Below, one piece after another: positions 18,705-28,062 of a stretch of DNA of 64,000 nt (position 1 is the first letter of the stretch; each line of letters starts with the position of its first letter). The notes beneath the pieces are model-generated. The model saw only the letters and a program-made list of their open reading frames with translations. It had not been told where the DNA came from and ran no database searches. Source of the stretch: a candidate division WOR-3 bacterium (lineage in GTDB: Bacteria > Hydrothermota > Tepidihabitantia > SM23-42 > JAOAFX01); the NCBI GenBank assembly GCA_965649105.1, contig CBFGJP010000001.1:14464-78463 (forward strand). Reading direction: 5' to 3'. Position numbers and translations under genes: made by a program.

Positions 18705-19376
18705 ATTAAAAAAAGATTTAGCAAAACAATAAGCGACATCGGGTTTGCAAAATTAGATCTGCACCGAAAAAATAGAAAAGGATTTCCCGAGGTCATCTTA
18801 TGCCAAGGTAAGTCAGAAGAGCAAATAGTGCAATGTGCGTGGCAGATATTTAAAGCCAATAAAAAAGTGCTTTTGACGAGAATTAATCCATCCATTGCCC
18901 GATCGCTTGATAATGAATTTAAATCAGGCAAATATTATTCTGAAGCCAGATTGTATTTTATTGGTAAACAAAAGGAAAAAACAGGTCTGGTAGTTGTAAT
19001 ATCTGCAGGTACCGGAGATATCCCGGTGGCTGAAGAAGCCGCGGTCACCGCTGAAATTATGGGGAGTAATGTTAAAAGAATATATGATGTTGGTGTAGCT
19101 GGGTTGCACAGGCTCTTAAAATTCAAAAACCTGATAAAAAAAGCGCGGGCCCTTGTGGTTGTGGCAGGCATGGACGGTGTTCTTCCCTCAGTTGTTGGTG
19201 GTTTATTCCCGGCACCGGTAATTGCGGTGCCCACAAGCATTGGATATGGGGCGCATTTCAATGGCATTGCATCTTTATTGACAATGTTGAATTCCTGTGC
19301 GCCGGGTGTAGCAGTGGTTAATATTGATAATGGTTTTGGAGCGGGTTATCTTGCGGCAATTATAAATAGTCTATGA
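18705..19376 (+). CDS. larB: LarB (pyridinium-3,5-biscarboxylic acid mononucleotide synthase, PurE-like); start codon uncertain
   Basis: PurE-like core (VVVISAGTGDIPVAEEAAVTAEIMG ... VVAGMDGVLPSVVGG ... VPTSIGYG). LarB-specific N-terminal block GFAKLDLHRKNRKGFPEVI is encoded in frame upstream of the first ATG (18828). No ATG/GTG/TTG between the in-frame stop at 18666 and 18828. AGGAG at 18693 is followed 7 nt later by ATT at 18705. Confidence 0.6.
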   Translation: MKKRFSKTISDIGFAKLDLHRKNRKGFPEVILCQGKSEEQIVQCAWQIFKANKKVLLTRINPSIARSLDNEFKSGKYYSEARLYFIGKQKEKTGLVVVISAGTGDIPVAEEAAVTAEIMGSNVKRIYDVGVAGLHRLLKFKNLIKKARALVVVAGMDGVLPSVVGGLFPAPVIAVPTSIGYGAHFNGIASLLTMLNSCAPGVAVVNIDNGFGAGYLAAIINSL

Positions 19377-20032
19377 TTGTCTTTGATAAAGTCACAAAGA
19401 TTTTCCAGCGAGACTGGGTCGCACTTGACAGCATTTCTTTTGAAATCCAGAAAGGCGAGTTTGTTTTTATTACTGGTCCGACCGGTGCAGGAAAAAGTAC
19501 GGTCCTCAAACTAATCTACAAAGACGAAGAACCAACCAAAGGAACAATTAAAGTTCTTGATTACCATCTTCATTTTTTAAAACGGAATAAATTACCCGAA
19601 TTCCGTCGTAAGATCGGCGTTATTTTTCAGGACTTCAAACTTCTTCAGGACCGGACGGTCGAAGAAAATGTTGCATTTGCCCTGGAGGTCACTGATATTC
19701 CACCCCGGGATTTAAAGAAAAAAGTGTTTGATATTTTAACCTATGTAAAATTAAGTCATAAAAAATTTAATTATCCTTATCAACTTTCTGGTGGCGAGCA
19801 GCAAAAGATCGCAATTGCCCGCGCATTAGTGCGTGATCCCTACATACTGCTTGCCGATGAGCCCACCGGAAATCTGGATTTGAAAAGTTCCCAGGAAGTT
19901 CTTGAAATTCTGCTGGACATCAACTATAAAGGCACCACCGTTCTGATGGCAACACATAATCAATTACTCGTCCGCAAGGCAAAAAAACGTATCATCCATC
20001 TGGAAAATGGAAAAATCGTGTCGGATAAATGA
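19373..20032 (+). CDS. ftsE: cell division ATP-binding protein FtsE
   Basis: Walker A GPTGAGKST, ABC signature LSGGEQQK, Walker B LLADEPTGNLD. ATGA overlap with larB stop. Confidence 0.8.
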   Translation: MIVFDKVTKIFQRDWVALDSISFEIQKGEFVFITGPTGAGKSTVLKLIYKDEEPTKGTIKVLDYHLHFLKRNKLPEFRRKIGVIFQDFKLLQDRTVEENVAFALEVTDIPPRDLKKKVFDILTYVKLSHKKFNYPYQLSGGEQQKIAIARALVRDPYILLADEPTGNLDLKSSQEVLEILLDINYKGTTVLMATHNQLLVRKAKKRIIHLENGKIVSDK

Positions 20033-20044
20033 GAAAGGATTAAT

Positions 20045-20893
20045 ATGGCATTGCGCATTGGCATAAGAGAGGGTTTGAGAACGATAATCAGAAGTCGTTC
20101 TTTATTCATTCTTTCGTTACTTGTCGCCGCGATATCTTTTTATTTGCTATCAATTTTCGGATTGGTAACGGTCAATCTTTATGAAATTGCAAACCTTCTT
20201 GATGAAAAGATTGAAATCATTGCATTCCTTGAAGAACGTGCAGATATCGCTTGGTTAAAAAACAGCATAAACAAGATTAACGGTGTTCAAGAAGTGGTTT
20301 ATGTATCAGCCGAAACCGCATTAAAACAACTGCAGGACGAAGTTGCTGAAACAAAAGAGATAATCCGCATATTTGAAGATAACCCATTACCTGCATCGAT
20401 AAGAATTAAACTCGAGCCTCAATATCGTAATCCAAAAGGATTAGAAGAAATAAGCAAGAAAGTTTTGTTGCTCAAGGGTGTGAAAGATACAATATACGGT
20501 GGAGAACTTGTAGAGCAACTAAAAAAGATAACTAATATTATGCTATTCTTCGATGTCGGCTTATTGATCATCATTACTCTTTCCGTCATATTTGTCATAT
20601 TTCAGACCATTAAACTAACAATCTTTGCCCATGCTACCGAGATTGAAATAATGAAACTCGTTGGTGCAACAGATATATTTATCACCATACCATTTGTGTT
20701 TCAGGGATTGGTCCAGGGTATATTAGGTGGAATCATTGCCTTTATACTGCTTGAAATAACCGTCCGGATTGCATCATCATTTTTCAACATTCCTTTCTTT
20801 CCCAAACTCTTATTCTTTCTGGGCAGCATATTATTCGGAGTGGTATTTGGTATAATAGGTTCAAGTATTGCATTGAGAAGGTTTTTAAAATGA
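20045..20893 (+). CDS. ftsX: cell division permease-like protein FtsX
   Basis: 282 aa. N-terminal TM, periplasmic domain, three C-terminal TMs. Follows ftsE. Confidence 0.75.
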   Translation: MALRIGIREGLRTIIRSRSLFILSLLVAAISFYLLSIFGLVTVNLYEIANLLDEKIEIIAFLEERADIAWLKNSINKINGVQEVVYVSAETALKQLQDEVAETKEIIRIFEDNPLPASIRIKLEPQYRNPKGLEEISKKVLLLKGVKDTIYGGELVEQLKKITNIMLFFDVGLLIIITLSVIFVIFQTIKLTIFAHATEIEIMKLVGATDIFITIPFVFQGLVQGILGGIIAFILLEITVRIASSFFNIPFFPKLLFFLGSILFGVVFGIIGSSIALRRFLK

Positions 20894-22002
20894 CATCCTT
20901 TTTAATATTTTTATGTTTATTTTTACAATTAAATCAAAAACAGAAAGAGCTTGATGACTTAAAGAAACGATTAAGTGAAGTAAGACAGGAAATTAAACAA
21001 CTTGAAAAGGAAAAATCAGGTGCCCTTGCTCGGCTCGAAAAGATAGATGAGGCCATAAATCTTTCCTCAGAGTATATCGAAAAAGTGACTACCCAGGAAT
21101 ACGAAGAAAAGATGCGAGTCTCAGAATTAAATCGTGAAATTGCACGTTTAGAATCAAAAATGAAATTTCAAAAAGAGGAATTGAAAGAAAGATTAATCCG
21201 TCTTTATAAATGGACTCCCTTTTATAAACTGGAGATTTTATTATCATCAAAGTCAATACCTGAGATACTATCAACCTCCTATTACTTACAGATTCTTGCG
21301 AAGCACGACAGCAAATTGTTCTTTGAATTTAAAGATTACTGGACAAAATATCTTGCTGATAAAAAAATGCGTGAGCAACTTATTTCGTTATTAGAAACCC
21401 GGCGGCAAGAAAAGGAACAGGAACTTGAGCAGTTAAATAAAGAAAGGCAGGAAAAAAGAAAAATCCTTGATGAAATAGCAAAACAGGAAAATGAGAAAAA
21501 AAAGATTGAGAAAGAATTGAAAAGTGCACAGCGCAAATTGGAAGATTTGATCGTCTCGCTTCGCAAAAAGAAAGAAAAAGAAGAAGCAAGTGCCAAGAGT
21601 TATTTTGAAATAAACAAAGGTAAATTACCCTGGCCCTGCAGAGGTTCGGTTGGGACAAAATTCGGGAAGGTCATTCATCCAAAGTACAATACAACGACAA
21701 AAAATAATGGAATTGATATATTGAGCAATTATGGAGAAAATGTTTATGCAGTTGCCCAGGGCAAAGTTGTTTATGCGGGGAAATTTATGGGATATGGTGA
21801 CTTGGTTGTAATTGACCACCAGGATGGATTTTATTCACTTTACGGGCATCTTTCCGAGATCCTTGTTAAGGTCGGAGACGAAGTGCCTTTAGGAAGAATA
21901 ATTGGTAGAGTAGGAGAAAGTGGTTCGTTGTCAGGTCCAATGCTACATTTTGAATTAAGAAAAGAAGGCAAACCAGTTGATCCCCTGGTATATCTGGAAT
22001 AG
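20890..22002 (+). CDS. envC: EnvC-like murein hydrolase activator (coiled-coil + degenerate LytM/M23 domain)
   Basis: Long coiled-coil region. C-terminal M23 fold where the Zn-ligand motifs are degenerate (NGIDIL instead of HxGxD; MLHFE instead of HxH). ATGA overlap with ftsX. Confidence 0.65.
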   Translation: MTSFLIFLCLFLQLNQKQKELDDLKKRLSEVRQEIKQLEKEKSGALARLEKIDEAINLSSEYIEKVTTQEYEEKMRVSELNREIARLESKMKFQKEELKERLIRLYKWTPFYKLEILLSSKSIPEILSTSYYLQILAKHDSKLFFEFKDYWTKYLADKKMREQLISLLETRRQEKEQELEQLNKERQEKRKILDEIAKQENEKKKIEKELKSAQRKLEDLIVSLRKKKEKEEASAKSYFEINKGKLPWPCRGSVGTKFGKVIHPKYNTTTKNNGIDILSNYGENVYAVAQGKVVYAGKFMGYGDLVVIDHQDGFYSLYGHLSEILVKVGDEVPLGRIIGRVGESGSLSGPMLHFELRKEGKPVDPLVYLE

Positions 22003-22019
22003 AATTTAACTTTAAATAT

Positions 22020-22799
22020 TCACATAACTATTTTGGTTGCACTTAAAAGATATGCGGTATGAGTAATTTCTCTTTCTCTTGGCCGAACACCTCTCTCCCT
22101 AACTAAAATCTCCCGTTGCATAATCTCGCAAACTTTTATTCTAACGAAATTATGTGCATGAAGTGATTCTACGGTTTTTTTTATCTGCTCAACATTCGGA
22201 CTCCATGATACCAGGTGGTGTCCACTTTTTAATACATCAAATGCCCGGGGCACAATTTCCCATGGTTCAGGAACATCGATAAATACTGCATCAACATTTC
22301 TATGAATAAAACCTTCAATTGCCACATCCCTGAGAATGAATTCGACTTTGCTTTTATATTTGCCCTTCTCCACATTTCGCTTTGCATTTGCAAGAAATTC
22401 TTCGTTCCTTTCGTAAGAATAGACAATGCCGTCGGGGGCAACAATCTTTGATAAAAATAAGGTCAATGCACCACTACCGGTTCCCACCTCAATGACTTTT
22501 GAACCCGGTCCAACAGAAGTTTCAAATAATAGATAACCAATGTCCTTTGGGTAGACAATTGTAGTTTTTCTTTTTATTTTCAATATTAAATCGCTCGTGG
22601 TGGGCTTAAGACAATAAAAATTTCTGCCCAGATGTGTTTTACCAGTAAAACCAAACTCTTTATTTATGATTTCATCAACCTTTATATCACCAAAATCTGT
22701 TGATAATTTCATTTTAGGGATTGCCTGGATAAGAAATTGCCGTTTTTCATCAAGGTATATAAGGACCAATTCACCTTGTCCAATCAAATTTTCATTCAT
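22020..22799 (-). CDS. trmI: tRNA (adenine58-N1)-methyltransferase TrmI/Gcd14 family
   Basis: SAM motif VIEVGTGSGALTLFLS and Gcd14-like architecture. 259 aa. Confidence 0.7.
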   Translation of the reverse strand: MNENLIGQGELVLIYLDEKRQFLIQAIPKMKLSTDFGDIKVDEIINKEFGFTGKTHLGRNFYCLKPTTSDLILKIKRKTTIVYPKDIGYLLFETSVGPGSKVIEVGTGSGALTLFLSKIVAPDGIVYSYERNEEFLANAKRNVEKGKYKSKVEFILRDVAIEGFIHRNVDAVFIDVPEPWEIVPRAFDVLKSGHHLVSWSPNVEQIKKTVESLHAHNFVRIKVCEIMQREILVRERGVRPREREITHTAYLLSATKIVM

Positions 22800-22805
22800 T
22801 AAATT

Positions 22806-22833
22806 AGTATATTGAAAAATATTTTATGGTCAA
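22806..22833 (-). promoter_or_regulatory. promoter TTGACC-N16-TATACT for trmI (leaderless geometry)
   Basis: On minus strand TTGACC (22833..22828), TATACT (22811..22806). ATG at 22799 is 6 nt downstream of the -10 box. Confidence 0.5.
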
Positions 22834-22852
22834 TAGACTAAATTTTTTAAAC

Positions 22853-22880
22853 TTGACTTTATTATCATCTCCATTATACT
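22853..22880 (+). promoter_or_regulatory. promoter TTGACT-N16-TATACT for the 22887 gene (leaderless geometry), divergent from trmI promoter
   Basis: TTGACT 22853..22858, TATACT 22875..22880. ATG 22887 follows after 6 nt with no SD. Confidence 0.5.
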
Positions 22881-22886
22881 CACTCC

Positions 22887-25322
22887 ATGGGTATATATTT
22901 GGTTCTATTTTTCTTGTCTGGTTTTTCTGCTTTGATTTATGAGATTACCTGGACAAGATTACTCTTGCTTGCATTTGGTTCAACAACCTTAGCAAATGCC
23001 CTGGTCGTATCAGCATTTATGCTGGGACTTGGTCTTGGCGGATTATATTATGGTTCCTATGTCGATCGGGTCAACAATTCTAAGAAATTATTTTCATATC
23101 TGCAGTTAGGAATTGGCTTATCTTCCTTTTTATTACTGCTTCTCATTAATCAGTTACCAAATTTTTATAAAGGCATATCAAAAAATATACATTTAAACCC
23201 ATCAATTTCATCAACCATTATATTCATTTTAACCTTCGCAGTCTTATTTATTCCTACATTTTTAATGGGCGGGACATTTCCAGTAATTACAAAATGTTAT
23301 GTTCAGGATGAGAATAAAATCAAAAATGGAATAGGATTATTATACGGATTCAATACTTTCGGAGGTACGATTGGTGCATTATTAACCGGATTCTTTTTTA
23401 TCAGAACATTGGGGCTTTCTTCGACCCAGTTGATCGCAATTTTAATAAATTTAATAATCGGCATTTTGGTGTATCTTTTCATTGCAAAAATGTCAACGGA
23501 AAATAGAATTTCAAAAACTGTTCCCCAGGAATCAAAAAAAGATAATTTAAACAAAATAAAAAAATATATGCCACTCATTGCCGGGCTAACAGGGTTTGCT
23601 GGGCTTGCCTGTGAAATTTTATGGATTCGTGCATTATCAATATTCCTTATCAATTCCACCTACACCTTTACTATGATTATTATTGTCTTTCTGTCGGGAA
23701 TTTTTATCGGTAGTATTGTATTTACCAGATTATCAAAAAAATCAAATATCCATAATGTTTTTGCATTAGTGCAAATTCTGACAGGATTATATATCATAAC
23801 TGGCAGTTTATTTTTAAATAAACTACCAGCATTACTATTTTTGTTCTCTAGTATCTTTGAAATACCTACCCTTAGAATGTTCCTACCCGCATTACTTCTT
23901 TCTTGGGTTATAGTCTTTGTACCCGCAATATTTATGGGGATAAGTTTTCCGCTAATTTGTTCTCTATACGAACAGAAAATACCGAACCTTGGTAACTATC
24001 TGGGTAATATTTATTTTTTCAATACAATTGGCAGTGCACTTGGTTCGCTAATTGCTGGTGTGCTCTTAATCCAATATATCGGAGTCATAAGGGGATTGGT
24101 AACTGTTGCTTTTATAAATTTACTGATTGGTTTCTTTTTTACGCTTTCTTTGAAGAAAAAATTTGTATATATCATTATTTTTGTTTGGGCAATCGCCAGC
24201 TTTTTTTATTCAATGCAAAATAAATTAATACTTCCGCCTTCCCTTTACCAGTCACCGAGCAGACAACACCGTGTTTTATTTTATCAAGAAACATTGGATG
24301 GGACTATAATTGTGAGTGAAGACCGTTCCACGGGCATAAGGTCCTGCTATGTAAATAACAGTGCGGTAATCGGCACAACCTATGATGCATTGAAGGTTGT
24401 AAAAATGCTCGGGCATCTTCCGTTCATATTCAATCCTGATGCAAAAGAGATATTGGTCATTGGTTTTGGAATTGGTATAACAACTTCAGCAATTGCACGG
24501 TATAATGTGAACCAAATAGATTGTGTTGAAATTTGTCCGGGCTTGCGTACAGCAGCAAAATATTTTGCAAATTTTAATAACTATATTTTTAATAATCCCG
24601 TAGTAAATTTTATTAACGCTGATGGCAGGAATTTTTTGCTATTAACAAAAAAAAGATACGATATCATTTCCTGCGACCCAACACATCCTATATTGGGAAG
24701 CGGAAGTCTTTATACTAAAGAGTTTTTCATATTGTGCAGGGAGCATCTATCGGATAATGGAGCAGTCTGTCAATATCTGCCCCTTCATAAACTGAGCCCG
24801 GATCAATTTAAATCTTTGATAAAAACCTTCGCTGATGTCTTCCCGCATACTTCAATCTGGCTTGGTTATTCGCATGGTATCCTTGTGGGCACAAATCATT
24901 CCCAAAAGATAATCTTTGAATCATTAAAAAATTTAAACGATGACCTGCTCAAAGATCCATATCTTCTTGCCGTCTCATATCTTCTTGATACAGAGGCAAT
25001 TAGACATTTCACCTCGGGTGCAAAGATAAATACCGATAACCAACCCAGGTTAGAATTTTTTACTCCCTTAAGTTTGAGGAATGAAAACTGGGAGCATAAT
25101 ATAAAATCAGTAATGGAACACAGAATTAGTATTGATAAAATCGTTATTGGCATTGAGGATTTAGAAAAATTGCAACGATATTTGCAGGGACAGAAGTATT
25201 TTATTGAAGGGCTCATATATCAAAACCGAAGAGACCGACAGTCAATGATCGAGGCGTTTAAAAAATCATTGGCAGTAAATCAAGAAAATAACGAAATAAG
25301 GCTATTACTTCAATCGCAATAA
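22887..25322 (+). CDS. fused polytopic-membrane / spermidine-synthase-like protein with C-terminal TPR region (paralog of 12175..14310)
   Basis: 811 aa. About 12 TM helices in the N-terminal half. PABS-like domain (ILVIGFGIGITTSAIA...IDCVEICP...FINADGRNF...DIISCDPTHP). TPR-like C-terminus. Confidence 0.6.
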   Translation: MGIYLVLFFLSGFSALIYEITWTRLLLLAFGSTTLANALVVSAFMLGLGLGGLYYGSYVDRVNNSKKLFSYLQLGIGLSSFLLLLLINQLPNFYKGISKNIHLNPSISSTIIFILTFAVLFIPTFLMGGTFPVITKCYVQDENKIKNGIGLLYGFNTFGGTIGALLTGFFFIRTLGLSSTQLIAILINLIIGILVYLFIAKMSTENRISKTVPQESKKDNLNKIKKYMPLIAGLTGFAGLACEILWIRALSIFLINSTYTFTMIIIVFLSGIFIGSIVFTRLSKKSNIHNVFALVQILTGLYIITGSLFLNKLPALLFLFSSIFEIPTLRMFLPALLLSWVIVFVPAIFMGISFPLICSLYEQKIPNLGNYLGNIYFFNTIGSALGSLIAGVLLIQYIGVIRGLVTVAFINLLIGFFFTLSLKKKFVYIIIFVWAIASFFYSMQNKLILPPSLYQSPSRQHRVLFYQETLDGTIIVSEDRSTGIRSCYVNNSAVIGTTYDALKVVKMLGHLPFIFNPDAKEILVIGFGIGITTSAIARYNVNQIDCVEICPGLRTAAKYFANFNNYIFNNPVVNFINADGRNFLLLTKKRYDIISCDPTHPILGSGSLYTKEFFILCREHLSDNGAVCQYLPLHKLSPDQFKSLIKTFADVFPHTSIWLGYSHGILVGTNHSQKIIFESLKNLNDDLLKDPYLLAVSYLLDTEAIRHFTSGAKINTDNQPRLEFFTPLSLRNENWEHNIKSVMEHRISIDKIVIGIEDLEKLQRYLQGQKYFIEGLIYQNRRDRQSMIEAFKKSLAVNQENNEIRLLLQSQ

Positions 25323-25348
25323 CTCAATATTAATTTTTTGAAAAAAAG

Positions 25349-25690
25349 CTATTTATGAGGAATCATTTGCTGGAGTTCAGTTTCATCAAATCCAAAATAA
25401 TGACCGATCTCATGCAGTAAAACATCAAAAATCAAATTTTCCAGTTCCCCTTCATTCCTCGTGATACTTTCAATATTGGTTTTAAATAATGTTATCTTGT
25501 CCGGCAGGACATTGCCATACCAGAATCCCCTTTTCTTTAAAGGGACACCTTGATAAAGACCCAATAGTGTTTTTTGTGGTATAGGTTTATCCTCAATGAC
25601 AATCTCTACATTTACCAATTTATCTTGAAGAATTTTAGGTATTTTTTTCAACGACACCCTTACAATCTTTTCAAAATTTTCTTTGGTCAT
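25349..25690 (-). CDS. small zincin-like metallopeptidase family protein (HExxH)
   Basis: 113 aa. C-terminal LLHEIGHYFG zinc-binding motif. Confidence 0.5.
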   Translation of the reverse strand: MTKENFEKIVRVSLKKIPKILQDKLVNVEIVIEDKPIPQKTLLGLYQGVPLKKRGFWYGNVLPDKITLFKTNIESITRNEGELENLIFDVLLHEIGHYFGFDETELQQMIPHK

Positions 25691-25737
25691 ATCTATCTAC
25701 TTATAATTATAAGCAAACAACTCATTAACAAATCTAT

Positions 25738-26850
25738 TTAACGGGAAGAACTTGCTAATAAATTTCCACTTTTCAGTATTGTCCGAGCAATCTTTAAAGC
25801 AGAATTGTTTTTGCCCAATTTTAAAAGGTTTTCTTGCATTTGTGCAATCTTTTCTTTATGGGCAAGCAAATCAGCCATAACCTTCTGCGCATTGTCTTTC
25901 GTGATCTTCAAGCCGGCATTATGGCTTATAAAAAATTCTTCATTTTTATCTTCCAGACCAGGAATTGAATTTGCAAACAAAAGGCAAGGACCTGTCCTGG
26001 TCGCTTCAGTAGTTGTAATACCCCCTGCCTTTGTGATTAAAATATCACAAACTGCAATCAATTCTTGAATCCTATCAACCATACCATAAACCTTTAAATT
26101 TGCCTTACCTCTGAGGCCCTTAATCTTTTCCATGGCTTCTTTATTTGTCCCGCACAAAACAAGTAAATCATAATCAAAGTCAACAATTTCCTGAACAATT
26201 TCAAACCAATCCCCCCCAAAGACTTTACTACCCATTACCACAACCGAAATTCTATCTGCAGTCAATCCAAATCTTTTACGTGCCATTTCTTTATCAATCG
26301 CACCTTCCAAGGCAATGTTCACCGGAATACCAAATGGATAGATCTGAGCTCCTTTTATTCCATATTTTAATATCTGTTCACTCAAATCTTCATTTGGGAT
26401 AAAATAATCGTCAATCTCTTTATTGACCCAATGCGGATGGATATAATAATCAGTAATTACCACGCCCAATCTATAATTAAATATTTTTTTGTATAGCGCC
26501 GAATAATAAGCGGGAGAAAAATGTGTACACAAGATATAGTCCGGTCTATATTCATTGAGCAAGTGTGAAAATTTATAGGCAGTCATTTTATGAAATTTAT
26601 AAAGGGTCTTATCGCCACCGGTTTTCACACCCATTCCTTGATAGAAAATCTTTAAAAGCCAAATTGCATTTTTCTGACAAAATTCATAAATGTTTTTGTA
26701 CATAAAACCGTATAGTGGAAACACCCAATTGAAGCAATCTTCAAATCGAACCTCTGATTCTGATGATAAACTCTCTACTGCCTGTTTTATAGCATTTGCG
26801 GCCTTTAAATGCCCTGCACCAATCGGTACCGCAAGGAGAAGAATCCTCAT
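25738..26850 (-). CDS. glycosyltransferase family 28 (MGDG-synthase / UgtP-like diacylglycerol glycosyltransferase)
   Basis: 370 aa. N-terminal MRILLLAVPIGAGH (MGDG synthase-like). C-terminal GT-B domain with ITKAGGITTTEA. Confidence 0.6.
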   Translation of the reverse strand: MRILLLAVPIGAGHLKAANAIKQAVESLSSESEVRFEDCFNWVFPLYGFMYKNIYEFCQKNAIWLLKIFYQGMGVKTGGDKTLYKFHKMTAYKFSHLLNEYRPDYILCTHFSPAYYSALYKKIFNYRLGVVITDYYIHPHWVNKEIDDYFIPNEDLSEQILKYGIKGAQIYPFGIPVNIALEGAIDKEMARKRFGLTADRISVVVMGSKVFGGDWFEIVQEIVDFDYDLLVLCGTNKEAMEKIKGLRGKANLKVYGMVDRIQELIAVCDILITKAGGITTTEATRTGPCLLFANSIPGLEDKNEEFFISHNAGLKITKDNAQKVMADLLAHKEKIAQMQENLLKLGKNNSALKIARTILKSGNLLASSSR

Positions 26851-26891
26851 AGAAGATTATATGGATTTAATATAAATTTTCAAGGAATTTT

Positions 26892-28062
26892 TTAACCAAA
26901 TATTATTAAAACAGCAATGCCAATAATTAAGGTTATTATCGTAAAAGGTAAACCGAGTTTTAAATATTCAAAAAATCCCACCCTTACGCCTTTTTTTCTG
27001 CTTATTCAAAAACAATTATATCGGCAACCAAACCAATGACCGTAAGATTTCCGGCAAGCGTTGAAGACATAGCCAGCGTAAGCCAAGCAATTTTAGAATT
27101 AACTAAGCCTGCAAAGAAATGCGAGAACAGGATCACAGCTGGCGTATTGCTTATGATATTAGATAAAACTGTGGAGCCCACCGTCAAATTAAAAATTTGG
27201 GAAAATTTACCATTGGAAAGATAAATTTTTACATATGCAAAGATTGATAAAGTAATACCTGATTTCTCCGCGCCCCGCATTACAATAAATAAACCGGCAA
27301 AGAATAGAAGCAACTGCCAGTCCATCTCTTCTAATACCTTTCTCGGCTTATTGACACCAAACAGAATTCGAAAACATGTAATGGTGATTGCGACATTCTG
27401 CGGGCTATAACCCAAACACAAAAAAATCAGCAGCAAAACCAAGTTTATAAATGATGCGATAAAAAGTCTTTTCGGAACAACGATTTTATTTTCATTAGAT
27501 TCAATTTTTATCTTTTTGCCTGCAAAATCATTGTGATAAACAAGGCGGATTAGTTAAAAATTTACCAATAATCCTATGATTGAAATCGATGAAAGGATTC
27601 TTAGAAACTCCAAAAAAGGAGTTTGGGGAATAAAGACCGATAAACATATTTTGTGGATTCCCGATGATCGTCATTGTGCTACCGATATTTGAAGAGGTTG
27701 CCAATGCAATTAGATAAGGAATCGGATTTAATTTGACTTTTCTCGTAATCTTTAAAACAATTGGTGTAAACAGCAGGGAAATGGTATCATTCATAAAGAG
27801 GCTGGCTGTAATTCCTGATAAAACTATTAGAAAAAACAAAAGCCCAGAAGCACTTTTTGCCCTGCGCAATATCCACCTTTCAACTGTTTCAAAAAAACCA
27901 GATAATTCTATCTACGCGATAATAATCATCATCCTTAGAATGAACAATATTATATCCAGGTCGATCGCTGCATATGCTTCTTTCAATGAAATAACACCAA
28001 AAAACCATCGCCACGGCCCCTAAAAGTGCACTTGCTGGTCTATTAATATGAATTCCTGGCAT
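26892..28062 (-). pseudogene. ArsB/NhaD-superfamily anion permease (CitMHS/YbiR-like) disrupted by multiple frameshifts
   Basis: Homologous segments lie in different frames. MPGIHINRPASALLGAVAMVF (from ATG 28062), GVISLKEAYAAIDLDIILF, ORF 27528..27869 (…IGSTMTIIGNPQNMFIG…), ORF 27002..27442 (…WQLLLFFAGLFIV…NLTVIGLVADIIV) and terminal GFFEYLKLGLPFTIITLIIGIAVLIIFG* (stop 26892). At least 5 frame changes, one at a T7 homopolymer (26991..26997). Confidence 0.7.

Noticed and set aside
21336-21658. Overlapping minus-strand ORFs inside envC region
   Set aside because: Antisense to the coiled-coil region of the EnvC-like gene. Repetitive Ser/Phe/Leu translation typical of antisense to Lys/Glu-rich coding sequence.
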